Made by a program: the position numbers and the translations under genes
Assembly: GCA_004431415.1 (NCBI GenBank)
Contig: QPMI01000478.1
Coordinates: 1 to 64,000, forward strand
Origin: Cyanophora paradoxa CCMP329
Taxonomy: Eukaryota > Plantae > Glaucophyta
Length of the DNA: 64,000 bases
Direction of reading: 5' to 3'
Part shown: piece after piece, positions 10,209 through 25,200 of the stretch
Layout: each line of letters begins with the position of its first letter
How positions within the stretch are numbered: the first letter of the stretch is position 1
Notes under the pieces: generated by a model
The model's input: only the letters and a program-made list of their open reading frames with translations
Database searches by the model: none
What the model was told of the DNA's origin: nothing

Positions 10209-13200
10209 ATGCAGACGCATGTGCCATCGCATCAATGCATATGGGCACGGCCAACGCCCTCTAGATCTGCAGCTGCCCATGCATATGGCCACGAAGATGC
10301 GCATCACGTCGGCGCCAGAAGCAGCAAGAGCAGGGGCCAGCAGCACAAACTCGACGGATCGATATCAGACAGCCGCGGTCTCTCGCGATCGCCGAAACGC
10401 CTTCGGAATTGCAGAAGGCAGAGCTCACCGGCGCGGCCGACTTCCGGCCGGGCGGTATGCATCCCAGCGCTTCTCGCGGTAGCGCTTGTGCTTTTGGCGG
10501 CGGGCAGCCCCGTGCAGGCGACCGGTTCGTGCATGCTCGCGATCGTGTCTAGAGATGTCGGACTCGTTTATATCATTTGTGTGCACATTCGCCCCGGGGC
10601 GTTGGCGTTAACGCTTTTGGATGGCGGGGCGCCTTTGCGCACATCATAGTAGGGGCAGGGCCTGACCTTATCGCCGACGCCGTTCGATTCGAATTCGTTA
10701 ACGTTTCTATTGTTGAGCTACTGATGCACGTGATGTGTGCATTTGTACGCATGCGCAGATGAGCCCGTTTTCACCGACGTCCCTCAGCTCGGCGAGCCCG
10801 TCACCCCCAGCGATCATAATTTGATCTGCGGTCAGTGCTCTTTCAATGGCCTCGAGCTCATTTAGTATCGCACCTATTCGCAGCTGCAGCCGCGTTCCGC
10901 TAAATGCGCCGTCTGTGCGCAGACTCGGGCCTGGATGCCAGCAACCCCGTCTACTACAGTGCGATGTCGCCCACCAACAACCCGCAGAATACATTATAGC
11001 GTCGCACCCGCGCGCCAATTTCGCCGATTGTCATGCCGATCCTGCAAACACGCAGAGACGAACGCGACGTGCGAGCTATGGTGGCTCTGCTATGAGCCCG
11101 AAGGTGCGATTGCGCTGTTCTTGGGGCCAGGAGCAAGAGCTCGCGATCGAGCTCAATCGCTGATCCCACGCATTTGTTGCGCTTAGCCTGCGGATCGTTG
11201 GAGGTGGCGTTCCTTGCAAGCAACGGAGTGAACTATACCCGTTCGACGCCATTCGTTCCTGGTGCGCCTGCAGATCCGCACTCTGCACGTGATACAGATC
11301 CAAGAGCTCGAGCTCACTATCATAACGTTGCATGAATTGTCTATTCGATGATCCGATGATCGCGCCGCCAGATCCTGTTGAGTGGGAGGCGACACCGAGC
11401 CTTCCAATCTCAAACGATCCTCTATACCCGGGTCGGCTCTTTAACGTTCCCACAAATCGCAGTGTCGGGTTGTCTACTCATGAAAGTTATATCAGGCTTC
11501 ACAATCGTCAAGTTCCGCTTCCGGGTCGGATTCTTGCAGAGCACGCGCGTTAACTGGCAGCCACTGTCCCGCACGCTTGTCGCAATGTGAGCAGATTGGA
11601 GCCGAGTCTGAGATCGCAATCGCGAGAGCGATGGCAAGCTTAAGATAACATGACGAGGCGATGACTTGCATCTGTTGCGCAGGTGGCGAGACACCCGCGT
11701 CGGTGTTGAGTTCGACAACCGGTTGCGGCGGGTTACGGTCGCGGGGGCGCGCTTCTCGGCTGAGCTGACTTTCGATCGTGCGTGTTAAGGAAGCGACGGC
11801 TGCGCCTGCAAAGGGTTTCGCTCATCATTCCGCTTCCATGCGCAGCTCGCGGCAATGGCCCGCAACTGGACCGCATCACATCTGTCGGGACCGAAGTGTC
11901 CGAGCTGCTGGACCTGAATGACCCTGACGCTACGGTTGGTTTGACGCTACGATCGGCGATTCATATCGATGGCGGAACGGCGCTCACTGTGGTTGCAATC
12001 GCTCGCAGGGATACAAGAAGATGGGCTTCGGACCCTTTCATGTCTATGCCGCCCCCGGTGCTTTTTTAATTGTTCGATTGCAAAGCGGCTCAATTCAACG
12101 AACGCCGGGCTTCTGTTTGTTGCGCAGGGGCGAGCGGCAAGCTGGTGTTCGACAACACGGATGTGCGCGGATCGCGTCTGCTCGTGTGATTCGACTTCGA
12201 CAGCGGGTCTGACATCGCTCGCAGACATCGGCGAGCTGGAGGGTGAAGTACCGGCCCCTGAACTCGACCGGCAACTACACCTACTGGGCCAACAACAGTC
12301 TCTCTTACAAGCGAGCCTTCGCGACCTCTCATTCCGCCCCTCCCTCTTCGAATTCGCTCACACGCTTCGCAGCAACTCCGTCTCGGTCACGTTTAATTAC
12401 TCAGCTGTCATGCCCAGCAACAGCAGACCGCTTGAGATCATCGTCGAGACCATCAACAGCAGACCGCTTGAGATCACGCCGGCGTCGGGCCGCGTTGCAA
12501 AGGGCCGCCGTATCTTCCTGCAAATCACTTCGACGTCGGGCAGCTCCGCCCTGGCAGCTTCCGACGTGCAGGGTGCGCCCTTTTGTGTTTATTGCCGTTC
12601 GTTTCGTGCAAATAATAATCCGGATTCGTCCGCTGCCAGTGGCGCTGTCCGACGCGTCGCTCGTGTCGGCCGCCCCAACGCCCTACTCGACCTCGGGAGA
12701 CACTACAATCTTCGCCTACAACGCCGCGGCGCGCGCTTTGTTTATGATTGAAGTTAAAAGTGTTAAATATGCAGGCCCATACCAGCGCTAGCTGCTTCGT
12801 CTGAAATTCTGAATATACTCGCGCGCGCAGGTCGGCGCTTCGTCGTTCACGGCAACGTGGAGACTGGCTTCGAATGTTGACCTCCGCACCACACCGGAGC
12901 TGGTCGGGACGTGCTCATACGCGATTCTGGACGCCACAGTAATCTGCTCCCCCGCTCGCATCCGAAGCAACTTCGCCCCCTCAAATGTGAGAGCCGATGC
13001 GCCCTACCGTGATTCGCTTCCGCATCATTTTGGCTCACTGTTTTAAATTTGTTGCAGATGACGTGCTTGATTAGCAAGGCAAGCCCCAGTGCAGACCTCC
13101 AAACGACAGACTTTGGGTAAGGATCAAGGAAATTGTTGAACTGCTTTTGAGCGAAGCTGAGATTTTGCGGTGCAGCCTTGGAAGCGTCACCGTAAATCTT

Positions 13201-16200
13201 GGCACTCTTTCGGCCGCCCAGCAGATTGGCGCAACGCAGCAATGGAAGCAAACTTTCCTCGCTACGCAGCCTGGCTCGACGCAGCTGGCGCCGACGTGGG
13301 CAGACGCGGTGATTGATTTGAGCACAGAGAACAACGAGAAGCTCATTCCAGCGTCCCGCTCGCCTGTCGACGTGCTCGAGGTTCTGCCTGCAAGCATCTC
13401 GTACGACAAGACGCGCGTGGCACTCAACACGCGCATCACCGTGACGTTCACATCCTCCGCGGTGCGTTATCAGATCTTTTGCGTCACCCGCGCCTGTTGT
13501 AACAGGTCAATCGGGAACAGAACATCGCTATCACGCCGGCCGATTTCGCGGGCGACATTGGCCTCGACGGGGCCAGCGCCACCAATGTGAATGCGTACAC
13601 GGTCAGATACACCGTCCTGCAGTCGACCGTGCGCTGTCCCGCAATCTAGATCTGAGGTGATGGTTTTACTTTCACGATCTGAGCAAAGCGCAGCTGGTGT
13701 CAGAGGCGGCGCCTCTCACGAAGCTCCGGTGGTCGACGTCATTCGGCTCGTCGTCGATCACGGCGCCGAGTGGTGTGGTCATCAATCTCCGCCCTGGAAG
13801 CTTCGTCCAGACAGCCGAGTTCGACGCCTCGTACAGAGTCTGCCCCGGGATCCGTAGTCCTAGCCTGCAGCTGGCTCCTCGCGATTGGCGTTCGCCCATT
13901 GACGTCGACCTCCCGCCCTCAGTACGTGGCGGCGCTCGTGAACTACGACGCGGACGCGAGCGGCGCGTACCCGGCCTTCTCCGCGAGCGATCTCGTCAGC
14001 AGCTGGTCGGGCGCTGGCGACCCCCCTGTGCACGTCGCGCCGGCCCTTTCAGGCTATTCGGTGCGCCGAACTCGACTCTCGCGCGGCTGCGGGCCTCGCA
14101 ACCCACGCGCACGGCCCCTCACGCGGGGGGGCGGCAGTACGCGGTCACGTTCAAGGCGGCAACGGCTTCGCCAATGACTTTCACGTTGTCCTGGAACACT
14201 GCCGCGATACTCGCTTCCGGTAACGTCTTCAGCTTCAGCCCGCAGGTCGTCATACTCCAGCTCGAGTGCCCCTCGATCAGCGCCCTCGGAGCGACCATCC
14301 GCTGCTTCATCTACTCGACTCCAGAGTCGGCGCCCTTCAACCTGGTTCATGAAGCTTTTGGCCTTCGCATTGGTTGCTCGGTCGAGCTCCAGATCCGCTG
14401 ACTGGGGCGTTCTGACAGACTCACATCCAAGCACCTCGGGTGCAGTCGCCGGCGACTGGCTCCTTCGGCTCGTACGAGGCCGTGATCCCGAACAAATACT
14501 CGTTCACCTATTACAAAACGGACAGGTGAGTCGCCGTTTCTTGCTAGCGAGCCGCCCTGCCAGCTTCCTTTGCGTCCACGTGTGACGGGCCGGGCCGGGC
14601 CGCGGGCCGCCAGAACCTCGCCCACGTCGGCGATCAAGGTCAGCTTCAGCGAGAGCTACATCCAGACGTACCAGACCGACATCCCGCGCGGCGTCCTGGC
14701 CGCGAGCACCTCGATCAACTACGTCGACAGCGCCATCTCCTGCTCCAAGCTCCGCATCCACGCGCTCGGCGGCTCCACGGAGTGCTTCATCCAGAAGGTC
14801 AACGGCGCCGACTTCACGGGCACAGACATCTTCAACGTGACGATCGGGGATCCCCGCGTGACCATGAGCGCCATCACCCTTGTCGACGGCTCGACGGTTC
14901 GCCCCTCCGGATCCCCTATCGCGCCAGCAATATTAATTACAATGGTCGCCTGCGCGCGGGGCTGACGCCCTCGGCCGACACAACAGGTGAGTTTCACCAT
15001 AACGGCACTGTCGGACGCGGCAACGGGCACAGTAAGCATCTCGGCGAACTACATGAACATGGCGGGCGATCTGAACAACGTCTACATCGGCGGTTCCCCG
15101 CTCACAATCACGCTTGTGCGGGCGGAGCTCGCTTGCGACCGCACTCGCGTTGCTCTCTCGCGCTCTGTGTCCTGCAACCTTACGGCCACTGCGGGGAGCT
15201 CAGCACTGGAGCTGACAGACTTCTCGAGCTCGGCGACATTCCCTGGCGGCACCGCTACGATCTCTAGCGCGCTCACTTTCACAGCAGCGCCGTCGACGGG
15301 CAGCCCGAGCACCATCGCCGTCGGATTCGCCACCGGCGGCCCGAGCCTCACCTTTGACGTGGACGTTGTGGAGGTTCAAACAATCTCCTGCGCTAACACG
15401 CGCCTGCTGCCCGGCTGCCAAACTGTGTGCACGGTTGCGAAGGGTGCGGGTTTGTACTTATCTATATGCGCACACTTCGCTTGAGATCGCCGGCGCGGCC
15501 CGGGCCCGCAGCTGCCGGCTCCCCGGATCTTCTCGTGACGGACGTGGACCTCGTGGCTCCGCCGCTGGGCACCTCTCAAAACCTCGCGACTGCAGCTGGC
15601 GGGGCGCTCGAGTTCGTGTATGAAGGTGAGCGCCGACCGCGAGGGGCTTTTGCAGCACAGAGTAATTATAAACTGTTTTCGCATCTGCGCGCAGCTGTGC
15701 TCGGAAACGGAGACACTGGAGTATCTCTTGGGATCGCCTACGGCTCCTCGATTGATGGTTCATCTGTCTCAACGACCGGAAAGTCGATCACTGTAAAGTC
15801 GGTCAGTGCCTCATTTTGATACTTCGTGCTTCCGAGCTCTGTGTTCAATTCTCTCACCCTCAACTGGGCCAGATCTCTACGCTTGGCACGCTGCAGTGCG
15901 GCCAGACATCGTTCGACAAGTACAGTGACTTCAAGCTGTTGTACGACACAACCTACACCTGCGCCCGTGCGTAAAACTCTTTCGCAATATCATTTCACGG
16001 CCAGTCGTAATTTTGCAGCAGTGTCTCCAATTAACGGGTCAGCGGCGCTGCAAGCCAGCGATCTGCAACTCTCGTCCAATGGTTCAAGCACAACCTTCGC
16101 GTCCACTGCGAGCGACGGCAGCGGCGGTCTTACCTTCACGGCGAAGCCGACGCAGGGCGGGGCCGCGACCTGGTCCATTGGCCTCGGCAGCTGCGGGGTG

Positions 16201-19200
16201 GTCGAGCAAAAGACCATCCAGTACCTCACGAAGCCCGTCCTTAGCTGCCCTGAGGTCACGGCTCTCGGTGCTAAGGTGCCTTGGAGCTGCACGCGACACG
16301 AAGGAATTGCGCTAATGCCTCCCAGATCGGCTGCACACTCGACGGCCGGTCGACGTCGCCGGATTTCCTCGCGAGCTGGGTCACACCGCTGGCAATTGAC
16401 GCTCCTGCTGCTGGCACGCTGACGCCTTTCTCTCTTGTTTCACCGGGCCTGTATGCGTTCAACTTCACAAACACGAACGGGTGCGCGCACTCTTGTAGCT
16501 GGGAACCTGTCTTTGCCGCTGACGTATTCTAACGCCCTTGCCGGTGCACAGGACGAATTCCGTAACTTTCCGCACGGAGTTTGAGCAGAGCATCATCAAG
16601 ACCAGCAAGTCTTCGACAGACGTCAACGGCACGGTCACAACGACGTCTCAGTCGGTGCGAAGTCGAGCTCATCATGATCATCGAGCGGCCTTAGACCAAC
16701 GTTAACAGACCTGCTTTGCGTCGCGCAGATCTCAATCGGATCAACGACTGTTCTGTACGTCGCGGCGTCGATGGAGTGTCGGAAAACGACAATTCTCTCT
16801 GGGGCATGGGGGCGCTGTTACTTGAACGCGACAGGAAACAGCGCGCCTTTCCCCAGGGCCGACATCTTCAGCGTGACATCCTCCAACTCTAGCCGCGTCT
16901 CAATCGGTTCTCGCACTCTCGTTGATGGCACGAATGGCGCAGCGGTGCGCGTGCACCCTCATTGTTGTCTTTTTCCGGTTGTAAATCCAGCGACCTTGAG
17001 CTGATTCATGCTTGCCTGACAGGTCCAGTTCGACGTGATCGCGGACGCACGTGCACCCGTTTCGACGGTTTCTGTCAGCGCAAGCTTCGCAGACCTCGGG
17101 GGCTTCAACGTGGGGAGCGTCACGATCGCGGGCTCGCCTGTCTCCGTCAGCGTCGACCGCAACCTCGTCAACGCGACCATCTCGTGCGCGGGATCGCGCA
17201 TGAACGGCGACGGCGGCCGCGTGCTCTGTACGATCAACAAAACCGACAACTCGGTCCCCTTCCCCTCGAGCAACATCTTCGCGCTCACGTCATCGGTCCC
17301 AAGTAAAGTCACCTTTGGAGCCATCTCTCTTATCAACAGCGGAACGACGGTGCTCAGATTGAGAGCCTAGTTCGAATTCTATGCTGCAAAATTAATAGGT
17401 TTATTTAATTTCGCCGTGCGCAGGCGCAATTCGAAGCTATCGCGGTGGGGGGATCTGCGCCGGGCACGGTTAGTATCACGGCCGAATTCACAAATTTGGA
17501 GGAGCACGTTTTGAAGGCATCGAACATCGGCGGGGTGGCGACCGTCACTCTTCTGCGCGCGACGGTGACGTGTACGCCGGCTCGCGCAGTCGTCACAAAC
17601 AACATCACGTGCTCCGTCGCCCCGACCGGCGGCAGCGCGGCGCTGACCGATGCCGATTTCACTGCCTCGGCTGCCTTTGCCGGGGGAAGTGCTGAAATTA
17701 GCGGCTTGGCTTTCTGGAAGGTTCCTGCGCTCGGAAACCAAACGGCCGAGGTTTCGTGGGCCAGCGGCGGCGGCAAGTTGACCACGCACGTCGTTATCAT
17801 TGGTGCCTCTTCGCTCAACTGCGCCAAGTCGCGCCTTCAGACCGGCTGCTCGACTCTCTGCACCATTTCGAAGGGCAAGCGATTTCATTCGCGAACTCTG
17901 CCCGCACACTTTTCATGATTGCTCTCCTGCAGCGCCGACCTCTCCGGCTCTGCTGGCGACCGATGTGACGCTCGGGGCCGTCACGCACGGCTCTGTCACA
18001 TCGGTCGCCGCCAGCAGCGGCGACCTTACCTTCACATACACGGGTAAGCACGCAAGAACATTCGCTACAACACCGTGAGATGCATCTGACTTCGACGTAT
18101 CCCAGGCGGGCTGAACGGCGGCGACGCGGGCCAGAATCTGACGTTCGCATGGGTGAACACGAACGGCGTCCTGGGCAACGCCATCGGCGCTTCGACGGCT
18201 GGCATGTACAAGACCGTGCAGACGATTTCGGCCATGCTAATCTGCGGCCTGCCTCCGGCGGCGTCCTTCAAGCTGCTCACCAACCGCCAGTCGACGTGCA
18301 CTCGTGAGCGCTCTCGAATTCGCCGCCGAGGTTTCTCTGCGGTGTTTTCCGCATGCTAGACTGAAACTGTCGTTTAGTTGTCAGGTCGTCGGGATCGGCC
18401 AGTTTACTCGCAAGCGACGCCGCGCTGGCTTATTCAGGCCCGAGCACGACGTTTGGCAGTATGACAGCGGCATCAGGAGGCAACCTGACGTTCACTGCAA
18501 CTGCGACAGTCGGAGGCACAGCGCAGTGGAACATAACCCTGGCAACTTGCGCAAACCCTGCAATCGTCACATCAGTGGACTATCTTGCTCCTTTGAGCCT
18601 CTCATGCCACTCTCTCTCTTATGTGGGGGCCACCATTCGCTGCAACCTAACCGTGACTGCGGCATCGGCGCCGTTCCGATCGTCGATTAGCAACCCGTAC
18701 GTTGAGTCACCAGAAGCCGGCACGATTGCAACCGCGTACACGAGCTACGCCACATCGCCCGAGTCTTACTACTTCCACTTCTCGAACACGGCCCGGTGAG
18801 CGCATTGCAATTCCAATAATCCAAGGTTGACAGCAACGCTGACGAGCTACCGCTGCCAGTACGCCGACTGCTACCGTGAAAGTTGACTGGCTCGCGACCG
18901 TCATTGGAACGGCAGTCAACAGCACCTACGTTGCGGTGCGCTTCCACATTAATTGCCCTCATGATCATGCACTTTTTCTTATTACGCATTTGTGATAGAC
19001 TTCCGCGGCCACGCCATTCAAGGTTTCCTACGTGAATGCAACGCTGTACTGCGCCGCTGGGATGATCAACGCGTCTTCTGGAACGACAACTTGCTTCCTC
19101 AACAAAACCTCTGACAGCATTCCATTTGCAGATGCGAATATCTTCGTGCCTATTGCCAACGACGATCGCATTGCCGTCGGCTCTGCTTCCCTTGTGTCGG

Positions 19201-22200
19201 GCATGGCTGGCAGCCAGGTATCGCCTAACCTCGAGCCCGCCTAGCGCGCGCTAGCGCTTTGCCTGATTCGGCGATTCAACTCCGCAGGCATCGTTCACGG
19301 TCACTGCTGATCCGTACCCGAATCAAGTTGGCGCCGTCTCTGTTTCGGTAGGATGGTCGGGATTGCAGGCCGTTAGCACGCTTCCGGCGAATGTTATGGG
19401 CTCGCCTGTCATCACATTGAAAAGGCCCACGGTCGGCGCGTCGCTGACTTGCCTTAGCAACCGTTTGTATGTCGGCGACGCCGGGGCTCAAGGGCGCATC
19501 CGCTGCTACATTAACGCGACCGGCGGCACTCTCTTCCCTGCCCAGTCTGCCACAAGCGTGAATGTCATGTTCAGTGTGACCGCCAATGTCAGCAACGTGC
19601 TGCAAACGATCAGCGTTTCTTACGTGCCCGATTCGTACACGACTCTGACCATTCCCAACTTTGGTTCTATGTCCGGCTGGACGGCTGCGACGTTCGAGCT
19701 CAGAGGATACGGCTTAGGCGGTATTGGCGCTGCCACCGCCATCAGCGTCTCGTACGCCAACATGGGCCCCGGCTTCAAGAACGACGTCGACACCACCCCA
19801 GTCTCAAACTCGCCGTATGTCATCACCGTGATAAAGCCCAGCGTGAGTTGCACCACTACCCGTATCGCTCTCAACAAGCAGCTGTCCTGCTCGATCTCCC
19901 CTGCCCCTGGAACTCCCGCCATTGTGGCCTCGGATTTCGCTTCCACAGTATCAATCAACTCGTACCCTGCTGCCAAGACCGTCAACCTTGAAGCACTAGC
20001 TGCCGGTTCGATCCCCTTCAAATGGACGCCGACTGCCGCGGGATCGGCGACCACCGGCGACTACGGAGACCAGGGCGTAAGGACCCTCACCGCCACGCTT
20101 GCCAATGGGGGAACGATCACGACGCAAGTGTCTGTTATCTCATTCGACTCTAATTCGTGGACATGCGATACCGCACGCATCTCGGCGTCTTGCACAACAA
20201 TCTGCAGGCTTAGGCCGAGTGCGTTCGGCGTTCTTGAAATCAGTCTTGCACAATTTGCCCTTGATTGTGAGAAGCTTTTGCAAGCTGACTTTTTCTCCAT
20301 GCAGTCATATACTCCGCCGGCAACTCGCGTTCTGCACAGCTCATTGCAACGGACGCCGTCTTTTCAGCAACCTACGGAAGTATTCTCGCCACTTCGACAG
20401 CAAGAGACCCTGGGCATTCGTATGACCACATAACGGTCACTTACTCCGGTGACTGCAAGCTTTTCTGGCAAAAGAATGTCTCGCTCGATGACTGAACATG
20501 ATTGATGGGCAGGCGGGCTTGGCGGTGGCAACAATGGTGACTCTTTGAAAGCCGCCTACTCGACTTCGGTTGGCGGGGACGACTCGACCTCGATCGCCAC
20601 TAACAATGCTACTGTAAAAGTGGTGTGCTAATTGTTGCAGCGGCATGGACTTGCTTTGGTGCAAAAGCTGCGCGTACATTGATTTTTATCGCGCTCAAAG
20701 GTTTGGGCACACAATCTTCGCTGTGGATCTTCGAATACTGGATCGTTCTCGAACGGAAGTGCAAGCAGCTTCCGGTTGCTATACGATGTGCAATACGACT
20801 GTATATGTGCGTGGTAGCAGCTTGCAAGAGCAGCCATCGTACGTCTTGAACTGAGTTTACTGCAGACGATAAGGTGGCTGGGTCCGCGGACTTCACTGCA
20901 GCGGACGGATGGACAGTTGGGGGCTGGACGGCATTCGTGTACCCCAGCTCCGCTCTTACTCTCACCTACCCAGCCTCGTTCGGCAGCAGCGTAGCTTTCA
21001 AGATAACACCGAAGGTTTTGGGGTACCAATCATGGTCGCTTTACGTCGGCGACAGCACGTGCAAGACTCCGGGCCTCAAGGTCGCCTCCAAGCAGGTCGA
21101 AGTCATTTCCGTCAGTCTCTCCTGTCCTCAGTCGACTGTGTTCGCTCCGAACGATGCTGGAAATTGCACAATTACAGCCAATGGAATAGTTCCCCCGCTT
21201 CTGCCCTCTTTCTTCAGGCGCAGCTCAGCGCGCGTCGAGTTTGACGAAATGGTCGGCACCGATGCAAACTCCACTTCGCTCACGTTCCGCTTCCGCACGA
21301 AAGCTGGAGCTCCCGACGCGGACAAGAGAATCTTATTGAATCTCAACAACGACCAAATTGCTGTTCCAGACGGATACACGCTTTTTGAGACGTCTCAAAA
21401 CGTCCTTATTTCGTGTACGCTTGCGAGTGGTGTGCGGGTTCCTTAAAACGCTAAGTGGCGCGCAGATGTCAACCCGGCCTACCTTTCGAGCACTTCGGCG
21501 TGCGACAGAACCCGCACAAAGGTACCAGGGCGTCTTCTGCGCGTACTTTAACTTGAGGTGATTTGCTCACTGCGACACTCGGGGAACGCAGAACACAGAG
21601 AAGGTCCGCTGCAAGTTCCGGTCAACGCAGTATTCCGAGGACTTGGCGGATAATCAGTTCACGTGGTCTACCAACCGCACTTCTTCCGTTGGCGATGTGT
21701 CTTCCATCGATAAGCACTCAACATACCCGGCGACGTACAATCAGCTCAATGGGGCGTGGACAGGACCATCTTATATTTGGTACGACGCGCTTGCGTCCGG
21801 TCTCGGCACTGTCGACATCAGCATCTACTACGCGCGCACGGGGGCGCACATCGCCACATACAGCATCACAATTATCGACGCTCAGCTCGTTTGCGACAAG
21901 GCACGCGTCGTGCGCGGCGATGTCACCAACTGCTCAGTCGAGTGCGTTCTCTTGCGTTTCTCTGGGCGCCCTCGATCTGCAGATCCATTAACACACCGCC
22001 ACGCAGGGCGCTTCCAGGTTCTCCGCCTCTTGTATCTAGCGACTTGAGAGCCACGGTTCACTTGTATGCAAGCGGAGGGTCCTCAAACACAGCCAGCACG
22101 TGGACAAACGATGCGCGCACCCTTCATTCTATTTCGTTGCTTCCGGCCACATCTGCATTCGCTGAAGGCGCATGTGCTTGTGCCTGCAGGACCCCGACTG

Positions 22201-25200
22201 CACTGGAACGTGCAACGGAGCGCAGTGGACTTGTATGAATGCACCGAACGTCATGACGAAGGCATCGGCGTACGGTCCGCCTCTTTTCTCCAGTCGCAAA
22301 ATTTAAAAGCTGCGAGAGCGATGAATTCTAGCCACTTATTCTTTGATTTCAGATGGCGGTTCGGTTGTCGACCCCAACGCTGTTCATGCCGGAACCCGAG
22401 TGCCGCGATTCAGTTTCAGCGGCTCAGGGGCATACAGGAGCAGTCCGGTAAGCTTTAAGTTCGGGGTACCATGGCGCTACCCGAATCCGGAGCTGCGTGT
22501 CTGGTGGAGCACCGCCGTTCTGGGTCCCTCTACTGCAGACAGCGATAACGACAAGAAGCTTAGTGCATTGTGCGCCCGTAACCGCCGTTACATGCATATA
22601 TACGTGCTGTTCATTTTAACTAATTTACTATCAGGGTCGAAGTTGTGGATCGTGCGTGCTTTACGGTGGCCAAGCAAACGCAGCCGCCAATCTGATTTGT
22701 TTTTTGCAGTCGAGACACCAGCGGTCGCCTGTTCGCCGCAAAGCTCAAGGGCCTCTCTCAACAGCATGCAGACAGTGACGTGCACGATTCAAAAGAAGGC
22801 CACTCAAATGTGCGCACCTGCAACTTGTGTGCCATTCAAGTACCGTTTGAATTTTGTCTATGCACGCGCAGCGACACGCGCATCGATGAGCGCTGCGTCT
22901 GTTTAACCACATGCTCGCCATGCTATGGGACCAATGACGTCACCTGTCCCCATCTCAACCCGTACGCCCGTTGTTTGTGCACACTTTGAACTCGTGCCGA
23001 CAAGAAGCTTCCATGGCCAGGTGGGCTAAGCCAACACAGTCCACGAGCGAATGCTGCAATTTCGTGTACGCTTTGGGTGGCCCCGAAGTTTCCCATGACT
23101 ACCCGGTGCGCGGTCATAGGATCGATGATGATCACTCTCGCTTCCCTTCCCCAACTAGCGGTTCTTTGTGGTGATTTCCGGTGTGCTTTCAGCCCAACTG
23201 CTTGGCAAACGGGGCCGTCAAAATGGCGATCTTGTACCAGAACAATGGGGCCGGCCCTGGCTACACTGATGTAGCCAAAACCGGCGGCTACAAACCCACG
23301 ATGATGAACGGTGCCCGTTTGCTGCTGGCGCTTGACAAGATTGAGATAAAAGGCAAACTTTCGCGTCGGTGCAGTCACGTCCTCTGTCTCTGACCTGAAG
23401 CTCTCCGACTTCGCAACTCCGGTTCGTGGCGCCTGATCCCTGCGAATGCGACCGCTTCGGAAATTCGAATCCTTCTGCAGGCGTTTGGACAAACGGTCCC
23501 CTCGTGTTAGCAGCTTTCTTGCTTTCGCTTGTCCACTCCATACAGGCTCGTTCGACGTATTAGAATTATACGTGACCATAGCCCTCGCAGTTGTCAATCT
23601 GGATTCCTTTTCAGAGGCAAATGGAAACATTCAGGCACATTTTTGTATTTATGCGCATGGCTGATATATGGTTGACAGAATGAACGCAGTTCACGATCAC
23701 ACCGAACACACTGACTCCTGGAGGCGTGCTCATTGCCTTCCCATGGAATCCAAGTCTTTCTACGACAAACGTCACTGACTTCTCGAAAAATTTGACGATT
23801 GGTGCGCTTGCCTTCACATAAACGTGGACCATATGCATTCGCATATGCGTCGCGGTGATTGTGCTGCAGTGGATGCGTCGATCAGCTCGTGCTTCAGCAC
23901 CCGAACGCTGCTCATAGCAGGATCTCCCGTAGCGTGCACAATCGGTTCGCAGCCGCGCCTTACTCACGTATCTCGTGGAGCGTAACCGCATACGTTCTGC
24001 AAGCAGTGAAGGATGCCGGATCCGATCCCATCAACTGGGACTCTACGAGCGCAGATTCGAACTTGGCAGACTTCGCCCACACGAGTGCGGGCAGATCACC
24101 GCCCTCCGCACGCTCTCGATTATAATATATAGCCGACGATAGCCGACTATACACCCTCCGATCAAGATTTTGAGCTGACTATAATTGCAGTCACACCGGA
24201 CCTGTCTTTCGAGTCGCCCAGCGACGAGGCGATTACCTTGACTGCGACTGGAACAGACGGAGCTACTCCAACTTACACGATGGTTCGTTAGCCGGTCCCG
24301 CACTTGCGGGGCCTTCAGAGTTTCTGAACACATAACGTGCGCAGATCGCCTGGAAAGGCCGAAACAGCACTCGCACCCTCCAAGTCGGATTCCGCGACGC
24401 GGACGACGGTATCGCACGGAGCCTCTGGACGGGCATTGTCAAGGGTATTGCCGACTACAGCTGGCACTGCGACGCGCCGTTCTTGTATGGAAGTAAATGG
24501 GGCTCTCGAGACTCTACTTACCGATTCTACAGTACGTAAACTGCATCCTCTTGCAGCCAGTTAACGTCTGCTGAATCTACGGCAGTGGATCCCATTCACC
24601 CCGTCCAATGCTCGCTCACCAAATACGAACGGAGCCCGCGCCTCGCCGCAAGCAACTTCCAGATCAGCGTGGCCGCTGGCGGTCCTGGTGGAAGCTTCAC
24701 ACCCCTCGCTGGCTCTGGCACCGCTGCTGCCTCGGACAGCGCCACGGATAACACTCGGTTCTGTGAGACCGGATGCTTTGACAAGTTCACCTTCACGTGC
24801 AATCCCTTCGTCATACGCATTTTTCGTCTAGCCATGCGACGTTTGACGTGAGATTTTCGAACAGGCACACGACTCCTAGCACAGGGAGCGCGAATCGATA
24901 CACGTATAACGTTGTGACGGCCAAAATTACGGCTACGGATCCGGTGGACTCGGCGGTGCTGGACGGCTACATGCGCGTCGAAGGTGTGAGAGACCGAGAT
25001 GATCATGACTTCCCGCTCTAGATATAGCTCTAATCTCAGCCGTCCACTAATCCATACGACTTGCAATCGAAGGGGAACGGCTCGATCAGCTGCCCTTCAA
25101 AATGTCATACATCAGCGTGACGTGGAGCTGCTTCCCGCGCTATCTCGCGTACGGGTACCGGGGCATCTGCGAAATCAGCCAAATGAGCCAAGGCGACGAC

